In this document: positions 1 to 11,138 of the stretch, piece by piece
Layout: every line of letters begins with the position of its first letter
How positions within the stretch are numbered: position 1 is the stretch's first letter
Assembly: GCA_002269645.1 (NCBI GenBank)
Contig: NIVC01003836.1
Span: forward strand, 10,536 to 74,535
Reading direction: 5' to 3'
Source of the DNA: Macrostomum lignano
Lineage: Eukaryota
Length of the DNA stretch: 64,000 nt
The notes under the pieces: generated by a model
What the model saw: only the letters and a program-made list of their open reading frames with translations
Told to the model about the DNA's origin: nothing
Databases searched by the model: none
Made by a program: the position numbers and the translations under genes

Positions 1-2004
1 GCAGTTGTCTCAGAGGCTCGGCAATTGCTGAGTAATGCGGTATGAACTTGTGCAAAAAGTTCACTGCCCGAGAAACGATTGAATTTGCGCGACCGTTGAT
101 GGCTCAGGAATTCTTAGAATTGCGTCGACGTTGCACTTGGTCGGTTTGATGCCGTCTGCAGAGATGACCAATCCGAAGAAATCCACGCTCGCCTGCCGGA
201 ATTTGCACTTCTCTCGATTGAGTGTGAAGCCTTCGCGATGAATCCGCCCTAGGACTTCTCGGAGGTTCTTGTCGTGCTCAGTCTCGTCCTTGCCGTGCAC
301 CAGGATGTCGTCCACGATGTTGATGGCGCCAGGAGCTCCTCGAAGCACCGTCTGCAGGGCTCGCTGGAAGGCAGCTCCGGAGCTAGATAGCCCGAATGGC
401 ACCACGGTGAACTGGTACAGGCCGGCATCGGTGATGAAGCACGTCAGTCCTCGAGAGTCTGGATGCAGCGGAATCTGCTGGTAGCCTTGACGCAGGTCCA
501 GCTTGCTGAAGCACTTCGAGCCGTTGATGCTGGCCGATAGGTCCTCGATTGACGGTACCGGATAGCGGTCCGCGATCACCGCCTTGTTGACCTGCCGCAG
601 ATCCACGCAGAGACGAACCTTGTTGGACTCCTTCTTGCGCGTCACGACAACGTTGCTAACCCACTCGGACGCGTCGACCTTCTCAATGATGCCCTGTTGC
701 TCCATCCGGCTGATCTCTGACGTCACTTCGTCCTTCAGGCCGATCGGCAGCTTCCGCATTGGCTGAGACACTGGCTTGACCGAGGCGTCGATCTTTGTCC
801 GGTGAATGAAGCTCTTGGACCGGCCCAGACCGTCGAAGATTCCGGGGAAGTCGCGCTCGATCGTAGTCTCGCTGATGCTCATCACTCTGTTGTCACCTTG
901 GAAGATTTTGAATCCGAGGGCCTGAAACAGGTCGCGGCCCAGGATGTTCGCTCCTTTGTCGGCGACGTAGAATGTGGCTTCTGTCCTGATGCCGTTGAAC
1001 GTCACTGGAAGCTCGACCTTGCCGATGGTCTTGATCGCAGATCCGCCGTATGCCTCCAGTTTTGTGCTCGTCGGAAGCAGCGGGTGCCTAGCGAAGGACT
1101 TCTTGAACGTCTCCATGTTGAGCAACGAAACGGCAGCACCGCAGTCGATTTGCAGTCGAATCAGCTGTCCGCCCAGACGGCATTCGCAGAATAAGCTGTC
1201 TGTGCTCTTGTTGTTCACGGCCAGGACCGTCAGACTGGACTCTGCAGGCTCTTTGGTGTCGATCGCAGAGACCGCTTTCATGCGGCACATTTTCGCGAAA
1301 TGGTTCGTCTTGCCGCATCGTCTGCATTTCTGGCCCATCGCCTTGCATTCGCCCCTGTGTCCGTGGTTGCCTCCGCATCGAGTGCACTTTGGACCTGCTG
1401 CTGCGGTCTTCTCATGGCGAGCAGCTGGCTTCGGCTTCTTGCTCAGCGCCTTCACGTGGAGCTCTGGGCCGCTGACCTGCTTGGCATCTTTGATGGCTGC
1501 TTCGATTCGCTCAGCCTTCTTGATGGCGTCATCTAGCGTCAGATCGTCCTCCTCCATCAGGAGTCTTTCCCTAATGCGAGGTACGCAGGTTTTCTCCACA
1601 AGTTGGTCTCGAATCATTTCGTCGTGAAAGGTGTCAAATTTGCAGTTTGTTGCCAGTTCTCTCAGGGCCATCACGTAGTCTCCGATGCTCTCGCCGTCGT
1701 GCTGGGCTCGCTGCCGAAAGGCGAAGCGCTCTGCTATGACGCTTCTCGACGAGCTGAAAATCGCCTTCAGTGCCTTTTTGGTCTCCTGAAGCGACTTGCT
1801 TGCATCGACGTTTGCAGCTCGGCGGCGTCCTTCCTCACCAAGCAGATGCAGGAGGATCGCCTTTTTCCGACTCTCTGATGCCTCTTCGAGAGCTCCAGCT
1901 ACCAGGAAGTTCTCAAATGACTTGATCCACCTTGCCCATGGCACAGGAGGTTCGCCTGGTACTGGTTGAAACTCCGCTGGGTACGGGAGTCCGCTCGTCG
2001 CCAT
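1..2004 (-). CDS. Gag-Pol polyprotein (gag, 2 CCHC knuckles, aspartic protease, RT); frameshifted near 61-66
   Basis: Knuckles CTRCGGNHGHRGEC and CRRCGKTNHFAKMC; protease IDCGAAVS; RT motifs RLCVDLRQVN, FSKLDLRQGYQQ, PFGLSS, NIVDDILV and QSFLG. After the TGA at 61-63 the RT thumb continues in another frame (VNFLHKFIPHYSAIAEPLRQL). Confidence 0.93.
1994..2003 (-). promoter_or_regulatory. Primer-binding site TGGCGACGAG (tRNA-Ser GCU type), overlapping the gag ATG
   Basis: Complementary to a tRNA 3' end CUCGUCGCCA and located directly after the LTR end. Confidence 0.8.
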
Positions 2005-2005
2005 T

Positions 2006-2192
2006 TGTTGTGTTCTAGTTGATTGATTAAATTCAATTCAGTTGGAGACACTTGAGTCTCGCTCAATATATTTATACTCATGTGCACGTTGAAAACAGTG
2101 TTACGCAATCGAAACAACGATACCATGATTGAACGCACGATGCATATAAGGTAATTGAACAATTCTAGCCTCAAAGTTAGTTAGTTACAACA
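2006..2192 (-). repeat. 5' LTR (187 bp)
   Basis: On the minus strand it starts TGTTGT (2192) and ends ACAACA (2006), contains TATAAA, and is followed within 2 nt by the PBS. Confidence 0.85.
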
Positions 2193-2217
2193 CCTAGGCC
2201 TGATGCACAGTCACTAC

Positions 2218-2280
2218 ACCGTACTTGCGTACTCCCGTACTTGTGTACTCCCGTACTTGCGTACTCCCGTACTTGCCCGT
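2218..2280. repeat. Short tandem repeat, about 16-bp unit (gtactcccgtacttg[c/t])
   Basis: About 4 visible units just outside the LTR. Confidence 0.75.
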
Positions 2281-2381
2281 CTCCGACTGCTCGTTGGCCA
2301 CATTTTCGCTTCTTTTCATTGGCTGACACCGACATTCTGTCTGTCATTGCACTTTTTGAATGTGTTCGACAAATTAATTAC

Positions 2382-5300
2382 CCTGGCCTTGGCGCCTGGT
2401 TCGAAATTGTTGCGAACGAAGAGCGCCGACAGAGCCTGGTTCATGCCCCACCGCACGGTCTCCAGGCAGTCAGTCGCTGCGTCGTCACCACCACTGCCGC
2501 CGTCGACGCCAATTGTGAGCCCGTTGCTGGGCCAAACTATTCGTCGGTAGGCGGCAAATCTGAGCCGGTACTCGCCGCTCAGATCCCATTGGAAGAAGGC
2601 GATCAGGGTCCAGGTGAGGTAGTTGTTCATCTTTCTGCTCGGGGTGCGGCCAATGAAAAAAATTAGTCTCTTCCAAAAGCTCGAAACACCTCGAAACTTC
2701 CTAACCTGGAAACTTCCCAACCATGGAAACTTCCCAATCTGGAAACTTCCCAACTTTAAAACTTCTCAACCTTGAAGCTTCCCAACCTGGAAACTTCCCA
2801 ACCTTGAATCTCCCAACCTTGAATCTCTCAACCTTGAATCTCTCAACCTTGAATCTCCTAACCTTGAATCTCCCAACCGTGAATCTCCTAACCTTGAATC
2901 TCCCAACCTTGAATCTCCTAACCTTGAATCTCCTAACCTTGAATCTCCCAACCTTGAATCTCCTAACCTTGAATCTCCCAACCGTGAATCTCCTAACCTT
3001 GAATCCCCCAACCGTGAATCTCCTAACCTTGAATCTCCCAACCTTGAATCTCCTAACCTTGAATCTCCCAACCGTGAATCTCCTAACCTTGAATCTCCCT
3101 ACCTGGAAACTTCCCAACCTTAAAACTTCCCAACCTTAAAACTTCCCACCCCGAAACTTCCCAACCTTGAATCTCCCAACCTCGAAACTTAATTTTAGTC
3201 TAAAACGACGTGAATGGCGTCTAATCAGACTCAATCTGCAGTCTGGTAAATTAAAACTCGAAAACTGCGTTTTCTCAATATCTCTGAGTGCAGACTCAGC
3301 GTTTCATTAAACTTTTTAATCGGCCTTTTCTCAATAGACCAACTTTACCGATTGAAGTCAGTGGGGCTGCCTCTGCGCATGGAGTCCAACAGGTCCCGCA
3401 GCTGGTCAACATAATACCAGTCAGTCACCAGCACCTGGGTGTCGTTTCTTATCACCAGACCTGGCTGGTAGATTTCAGCCAGGTAGGCTCGGAAGTCAAA
3501 GTAAGACGAAATTCTATCAGTGAGATCGCTGATTTTCGCTAAGTTGGCCGGATGGTCGGCGGGTTGCTCGGGAAGGCTGGCGTGCTGCAGGACGGCCTCG
3601 TGAGTCTGCGGAGTTCGAGGGATGCAAGTTTGAGCTGAAATTCTTACTGAAGTGACAATAAAACGGAGGAATTCCCTGTTGTAAGAAAATTCCCCGATAG
3701 TGGAATGGCAAGAGGGAATTCCCATCTTACTGAACCTTAATGGTATGATAGCAAGGGGAATCCCCATCTGAACCCATCTTAAATAGTGTGATAGCAAGGG
3801 GAATCCCCATCTGAACCCATCTTAACAGTATGATAGCAAAAGGGAATCCCCATCTGAACCTATATCTTAACAGTATGATAGGAAAGGGGAATTCCCATCT
3901 AAACCCATTTTAACAGTATAATAGCAAAGAGGAATTTCCAATCGGAACCCATCTTAACGGTATGATAGCAAGGGGGAATTCCCAACTGGGCCCATCTTAA
4001 CGGTATGATAGCAAGGGACAGTAGAATGCCCATAGAATTCCCATCTGGACAGTAGAATGGCAAGGCGGAATTCCCATTAATTTCGTTTTAAAATCAAGTT
4101 TCTTCCTATTAAGCTGAGATGCATTTAATTTTCTTAGGTTTATTCTCTACTTCTTAAACTACTGCCAGTAGCAAGCAGCGCTTTCTGAGCTTCCATTTCA
4201 AAATCCCTCACCAGCAGCAGCTGCTCCTCAACGTAGAGCACATCGTTGGCAAATGTCTCAACTCGAGCTGTCTGATTGGTCATCGCCGCGTCTCTCAACA
4301 GCATGCCGGCCACGTCCTTGATCAGGCTGCGGTACAGCTCCTTCTCCTAAATTATTTGAAAAAAATTTTTTCGTATTTTCATAGAAAATGTGGTCTACTT
4401 TGCGACTACTTTGTACTAAAATATCAACAATGAGACTTACATGACGGACGTACATCGCGTCGCTTCGAGAGTTCATGCCAACCTAAATTATAGAGTGAGT
4501 TTTGTCTCTGTTTTCTGGGAACTTATTGAGAATCTCTGATTGAGAATCACTCACCCGAGAATCCCTCACCTGCGAATCTCTTACCTGAGAATATCTCACC
4601 TTAGAATCTCTCACCTGAGAATCCTTCTCCCGAGAATCTTTCACCTGAGAATCTCTCACCTGGGAATCTCTCACTTGAGAATCTCACACAAAGAACCTCC
4701 CACTTGGGAATCTCTCACCTGAGAATCTCTCACCTGAGAATCTCTCACTTGAGGATCTCTCACCTGAGAATCTCTTTGCACTTGAGAATCTCTCACCTGA
4801 GAATCTCTCACTTGAGAATCTCTAACCTGAGTATCTCTCACCTGAGAATCGCTCACCTGATAATCTCTCACCTGAGAATCTCTCACCTGAGAATCTCTCA
4901 CTTGAGAATCTCTAACCTGAGTATCTCTCACCTGAGAATCGCTCACCTGATAATCTCTCACCTGAGAATCTCTCACCTGAGAATCGCTCACCTGAGAATC
5001 GCTCACCTGATAGTCTCTCACCTGAGAATCTCCCACCTGAGAATTAATCTCTCACCTGAGAATCTCTCACCTGAGAATCTCTCACTTGAGAATCTCTCAC
5101 CTCAGAATCTTTCACTTGAGAATCTCTCACCTGAGAGTCTCATTTAAAGTCGCTCTAATACTCAACGGAAATTAACATAAAGAAAAATGGTTCTCTACAA
5201 TACAAAACCTCTCTGGGTTTTCTCCTATGAGACGAAATGCTATTGTCTCAATCAAAGAGCAAAAGCTCCTCACCCAGATAGCGTAGCGCCTGTCGCTGCC

Positions 5301-6334
5301 CCTCCGGTGCAGGAAGTCGCTGTAGACGGCTCTCGTGGCGAACAGCGAGTGCGCGAAGAACCTGCCGCTGACCGCCTGGAAAGTGCGGCTGAAACCGCCG
5401 AGGCCGCCAGCCGCTGAGCTGGACTGGTTGAGCAGGAACTCGCCGACACCTGCCGCTCGCATCGCGGCCAACAGCGGGTTGTCGCCGATGTAACTCGGCG
5501 TGTCGAAATTCTCCTCGCACCTGGAGAAGCAATCATGGACGGCAATTCTGCCCATTCCTCTGACTCCTGAGCGCATGCACTCGTACACACGCTCACACAG
5601 GGTGTACACACGCTCACACAGGGTGTACACACGCTCACACAGGGTGTACACACGCTCACACAGGGTGTACACACGCTCACACAGGGTGTACACACGATCA
5701 CACAGGGTGTACACACGATCACACAGGGTGTACACACGCTCACACGCTCACACAGGGTGTACACACGCTCACACAGGGTGTACAGCGGCCATTTGACTTT
5801 CTAATCGTCAGGCATGTACACTGTCTGTTGGTTGGCCCTCATGGCTGTGATCTGCTCTTCTCCCTACCTGGCGTAGAACCGTCTCAGCTTCCGTTCCCAA
5901 GCAGGATTTCCGCCCCCACCGCCGCCGCCGCTTCTCAAGCTACTCGCCAGTTTCCGCCGAGCTCCGAGCTCCATCTCCGCAGGGACATTGCCCGCTGTTC
6001 CGTCTCCGCCGCACGCGAAGCTGTAGAAATCTGAGCACGGCTCCGAGCTGGTGTTCATCCGTCGGGCTGCCGCGGCCGCCACGGAGAGGCAGTCTGGCTC
6101 GGTCAAGCAGATGTCGGTCAGCTCCAAGCTGCCGTTGTCAGCGCCTCGGCGAATGGCTACGGCGAACAGGCAGATGAAGACAATGGCGAGCAGGCTGACC
6201 AGACCGGTGGCGACGGCGAGGCAGCGGGCCGGAGGCAGCGGAAGGCGCCGGAAGAATCGGCTGAAGACGCCGCTGCTGCCGCCGCTGGCACTGTCGTCAG
6301 AGTGGAAGATGTGCGCTTTGCCGGGGTGCCTCAT
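2382..6334 (-). CDS. M13 family zinc metallopeptidase (neprilysin/ECE-like), N-terminal exons; the HEXXH catalytic part lies outside the window
   Basis: Exons 5868-6334, 5274-5520, 4441-4482, 4212-4346, 3349-3605 and 2382-2634, all GT-AG and phase-consistent. Type II TM segment, CLTEPDC..PCSDFYSFACGG, FYARC..G.NPL, NNYLTW, and DCLE..GMNQALSALFVRNNF. Confidence 0.85.
2695..3190. repeat. 15-bp minisatellite (gaatctcccaacctt), intronic
   Basis: Direct tandem units; source of the spurious LNLPT and GRFKV ORFs. Confidence 0.95.
3745..4080. repeat. Degenerate ~42-bp tandem repeat (aaggggaatccccatctgaacccatcttaacagtatgatagc)
   Basis: About 6 diverged tandem units. Confidence 0.85.
4535..5140. repeat. 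15-bp minisatellite (gagaatctctcacct), intronic
   Basis: Direct tandem units; shares the gaatctc core with the 2695-3190 array. Confidence 0.95.
5540..5790 (-). mobile_element. 3' fragment of the tRNA-derived SINE, with an internal 21-bp segment expanded in tandem
   Basis: The reverse complement reads ggccgctgtacaccctgtgtgagcgtgtg...gctcaggagtcagaggaatgggcag, matching the SINE 3' half at 32210-32275 and 47165-47255. About 9 copies of gtgtacacacgctcacacagg. Confidence 0.8.
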
Positions 6335-6679
6335 GGCTGTTGCATTCCCTGAAAGCAGCTCCGCCACCCACCTTGGCCAGCGGCCTATATCTGCTGTCTA
6401 CCTAGGCAGCAATTTGCATTCAGTTGTCATGGTTACGCGCTGTGTTTAACACTCAGTTTGAATATGTTTATATTCTTATGCATGAGAATATTTATTCAAA
6501 TGCAAATCGCTATATTAATAATCAGATCAGAGCTGCTTATTTTAAAAGGTATTTTTTTCGAGCGAATCCAGGGTACAAAGTCTGCATAGCTTAGAAGTTC
6601 GCTAAACTCATGGGTGAAGATTTACACTGGCTGCTTTTGGCTAAGTTATTTATTCAAAATTCTTTAAGCCAATAGACTT

Positions 6680-7350
6680 CAGGTGATCTATACCCAATCA
6701 GTTCCATAATCTTCAGGTGATCTATACCCAATCAGTTCCATATCCTTCAGGTGATCTATACCCAATCAGTTCCATAATCTTCAGGTGATCTATACCCAAT
6801 CAGTTCCATATCCTTCAGGTGATCTATACCCAATCAGTTCCATATCCTTCAGGTGAGCAATACGAATCAGTTCCATATCCTTCAGATGAGCAATACCAAT
6901 CTGTTCCATATCCTTCAGGTGAGCAATACCAATCTGTTCCATTTCCTTCAGGTGAGCAATACCAATCTGTTCCATATCCTTCAGGTGAGCAATACCAATC
7001 TGTTCCATTTCCTTCAGGTGAGCAATACCAATCTGTTCCATATCCTTCAGGTGAGCAATACGAATCTGTTCCATATCCTTCAGGTGATCTATACCCAATC
7101 AGTTCCATATCCTTCAGGTGAGCAATACGAATCAGTTCCATATCCTTCAGGTGAGCAATACCAATCTGTTCCATATCCTTCAGGTGAGCAATACGAATCA
7201 GTTCCATATCCTTCAGGTGAGCAATACGAATCAGTTCCATATCCTTCAGGTGAGCAATACCAATCTGTTCCATATCCTTCAGGTGAGCAATACCAATCTG
7301 TTCCATATCCTTCAGGTGAGCAATACGAATCTGTTCCATATCCTTCAGGT
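6680..7350. repeat. 33-34-bp minisatellite (ttcaggtgagcaataccaatctgttccatatcc)
   Basis: About 20 tandem units of two variants. Confidence 0.95.
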
Positions 7351-8839
7351 GAGCATTTAGGCTGTCAGCAGAGCGGCACATGACACAGGGCAAGGAGTCT
7401 GATTGCGGGTGTTAAGTCACCCACCCGCAGAATTTCTTGCAGACACTGGCTAATTTATTTATATCTGTTCCGCATCAGTGAGTACAGCCCCCCCCCCGTC
7501 AGACAAGTCATGTTCCTACAAGCTTAAGAGCTTTAACAAGCAACAAGCAAGGAAAAATATAAAAAAAATGCGGGTCGCACTGGATGACCTCGGCCGACAC
7601 TGTTCATTGTGTTTGAAAGCTTTATGCGCTCGTATGCGAGGAGATCTTAAACTTGAGTCTGGAGTTGCCGGCTCCTTTGGGTAGCAACAGTTTCCTTCAA
7701 CAGTTTTCATTTTACAAACATGAAGAGATATCCTCCCCTCTCCCTCCCCTCTCCTCTCCCTCCCCTGTCCTCTCCCTCCCCTCTCCTCTCCCTCTCCTCT
7801 CTGCACTCCCTCCCGACCTGTTCTCCTCTCTACCCCATTTCCATCCACTATCCAAGCTTCATATCAGTTAGCAAACTCTCTGCCTCTTCGAAAACGCTAG
7901 TTACCTATCAGTCCAAGCCCTCGCATACACGTAGAAAGGGGACTCCGGCATTCATGGCTCATCTCAAATTGAAGTTCTGTCTAAAAAAACGCACTTACAG
8001 AATTCGCTCAATCTTAGGTCAATCGGTGCATAATGCCGTCCCGTCATTTTACTCAAAGTTGGATCTCTATGCAGGCAGTCTGACTAGCTAACCTTACCAA
8101 ATTCCCCTGCATAGTTCCACACCCTCATGCGGATGCAGATGCGCCCCCATCACATGCTTTTGCTCCGCAGTAACCCTCTCTGATCAGCCACCGCCATCCT
8201 CGCTTGTTGGACGGGGCCCGGTTGGGAGGGGGCGCAGTCTGTCTGGCACGGCCCACGCACCGGCCAAGGACTCTTCCCGTAGGAATTATTAACAGCATTC
8301 CGGACTAGAAACCTTAGAGATCTACCTGTCCCGCTAGTCCAGTTGTCACTAATAGGGGGTCTTTGCCGCCGGACAACAGGTGCCGCATATTATATAATTA
8401 AAATGAAAGCGGCCCTGCCGCAGCGGCGGAGGCTGGGGAGCGGCTCCCCGTTTCCCTCATCAGCCACTTGCTCCAACCACCCCCCGGATTTAAGGGAACT
8501 CTACATGCAGTTTGAGCAATATGACGGGCTTCAGAGCAACTTTAAACCTGTATATGCGGGTCCAGACAATGCGCAGCATGCTGACGGGAGAAGGGGACGA
8601 GAGGATCAGCCGGAGACTCCGGCAACAAGAAGATCCGTGAATTGAAGTCTGGAGTGCCAGTTCATCTTGCTCATGACCTGGTTTCTCAAAAAAATCCCAG
8701 GAAAGTTGCGATACAGAAAGTTCCATAACCCTTGCTCGATCTTCAATTATGCGGTGAAATTCAAAGAATTTATTTAGCTTTAAATAGGAACCAAGCATGT
8801 CGCTTTGTGAAGAGTCGCTTACATTTCAGACCGAATTCG

Positions 8840-9516
8840 AAATTTCACAAGACCGAAACTTCACAAGACCGAAACTTCACAAGACCGAAACTTCACAAGA
8901 CCGAAACTTCACAAGACCGAAACTTCACAAGACCGAAACTTCACAAGACCGAAACTTCACCAGATGGAAATTTCACAAGACCGAAACTTCACCAGACCGA
9001 AACTTCACAAGATCGAAACTTCACAAGACCGAAACTTCACAAGACCGAAACTTCACAAGACCGAAACTTCACAAGACCGAAACTTCAAAAGACCAAAACT
9101 TCACAAGACCGAAACTTCACAAGACCGAAACTTCACAAGACCGAAACTTCACAAGACCGAAACTTCACAAGACCGAAACTTCACAAGACCGAAACTTCAC
9201 AAGATCGAAACTTCACAATACCGAAACTTCACAAGACCGAAATTTCACAAGACCGAAACTTCACAAGACCGAAACTTCACAAGACCGAAACTTCACACGA
9301 CCGAAATTTCACAAGACCGAAACTTCACAAGACCGAAACTTCACAAGACCGAAACTTCACAAGACCGAAACTTCACAAGACCGAAACTTCACCAGACCGA
9401 AACTTCATAAGACAGAAATTTCACAACGCCGAAAACTACTAGCTCGTACATGGTCTTTGTTATATTGATTTCTACTATGTGAAGTTTCAGCTTTGTGAAG
9501 TTTCGGTCTTGTGAAA
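8840..9516. repeat. 16-bp minisatellite (cacaagaccgaaactt) with an inverted copy of the unit at 9480-9516; possible MITE-like frame
   Basis: Array at 8845-9420. The reverse complement of 9480-9516 reads tttcacaagaccgaaacttcacaaagctgaaacttcac. Confidence 0.8.
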
Positions 9517-10319
9517 AGAAAATGTTTAGGCGTTGAAAAAATTCTGCGTTACGAAGCCCCGTTTGTGAATATTGAAAAACCACTCCAGATTATGCTCTCA
9601 GCTCTCCATGACTCAGGAATGGGGAAGCGGGACAACCCCCACCCCCAGCCTAACCTTAACAAGAAAGTAGCGTAATTAAGCTGGCCCGCAGTCTCACTGA
9701 CCAGTGAGGGAAACGCGGGAGCGCAGTCTGATGATAGCCAGTTTTTTGGACAGTTTTTTTGCCGGGCAGTTTTATTGTTGAGCCCCCTTGCTGAGAAGGG
9801 TTTACGGCTGGTGATTCTGACCCGATCATGCGAGGCTGCAGGTAGGGCAGTAAACTCATGTTCATTTTCCCTCATCTCAGGCGCCGCAGCCTCCCACAGT
9901 CCTCCCCCCCCCAGTTCCACCCCCGCCGCCCGCTGCTTGACAACTGTTGCAGCAAATTTTTCCCCAAAAGTTTCTGCTATCTTGGCAGAAAGTACGAGCC
10001 AGAAACGGATTAGTTGCGGATTAAATCGCGTGGGTTCAGCTGCCAGGGCGGCCAGGGCCCGTGTTGGGCCAGCCAACAAAGACCTTTGATTGTCTGCTCT
10101 ATGCGGCGGCGTCTGCTAGCAATTTACTGTCTCTCAAAGCCAGTTAGATTGATTGAGTATCCAGCTGTATGGCTGATGCATGCTAACTGATGGAATGCAC
10201 CACATTCGCTAGTGTTCTGAGGTTTGAAGGCCGCGGAGCCAAAGTGGACACTTTTATCGACGTAAGAAGCAGCCTCTCAAAGAGCAACAAGAAAACCTGT
10301 GTTCCACAATCAGCACTGA

Positions 10320-10672
10320 TGAACAGCACCCCATGAACCAGCACCTCACAAACAGCACCTCACAAACAGCACCCCACAAACAGCACCTCACAAACAGAAC
10401 CCCACAAACAGCACCCCACAAGCAGCACCCCACAAACAGCACCCCACAAACAGCCCACCACAAACAGCACCCCACAAACAGCCCACCACAAACAGCACCC
10501 CACAAACAGCACCCCACAAGCAGCACCCCACAAACAGCACCTCACAAACAGCACCCCACAAACAGCACCCCACAAACAGCACCCCACAAACAGCACCCCA
10601 CAAACAGCACCCCACAAACAGCACCCCACAAACAGCACCTCACAAACAGCACCCCACAAACAGCACCCCACA
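10320..10672. repeat. 14-bp minisatellite (caaacagcacccca)
   Basis: Direct tandem units. Confidence 0.95.
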
Positions 10673-11138
10673 AGCCAACAGCTGCCGCAGCAGCAACATG
10701 GCTAAGAATTCTTGCTGAGCAGGACTCACCCGCATGGGGAACCCACCCGTTGGAGAGGCCAGATGAGTAGGGGGTCGGTCCACAGGGGTGTGGGTGGACA
10801 AACTCTACCTGTTAGCAGTTCCTGTTGAGCTGAGTTGATCATGGTCCGATTAGGGCTCAACAGTGGTTAGCGAAAACCTGTGTTCCCCCATGGTAGTAAT
10901 AAAGTGGGATTTCACTTCCGTTCTCTTCCCGTTTCCCCTGCAGCGGCAGCCAATGAGGATGACCGGCTTTCAGAGAGTTTTGGGAGGCAACGGATGGGGT
11001 GGGAAGTCGGCGGCATATATTAAAGTCTCTGCACTTCGCGACAACCCGCTGTCCTCCCCGGACTGGGAAACCCGCACTGAAGCTAGCCAGACTCACTTCG
11101 TTGAAACCAATATTCAAGTCATCTTTTGGGCCTTCATC

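Larger units (their letters stand above)
1..2192 (-). mobile_element. Ty3/Gypsy (Mag-like) LTR retrotransposon, 5' part; runs off the window start
   Basis: Has a 5' LTR, a primer-binding site (PBS) and a single gag-pol ORF, each listed separately. It lies in an intron of the M13 peptidase gene in the same orientation. Confidence 0.95.

Noticed and set aside
269-1878. Plus-strand ORFs over the retrotransposon, and similar antisense ORFs over other GC-rich exons
   Set aside because: They are shadows of real coding sequence on the opposite strand.
7478-10089. ORFs at 7478-7684, 8343-8798 and 9549-10089 as genes or retroelement remnants
   Set aside because: No recognisable motif, no consistent splice chain and no paralogue in the window.
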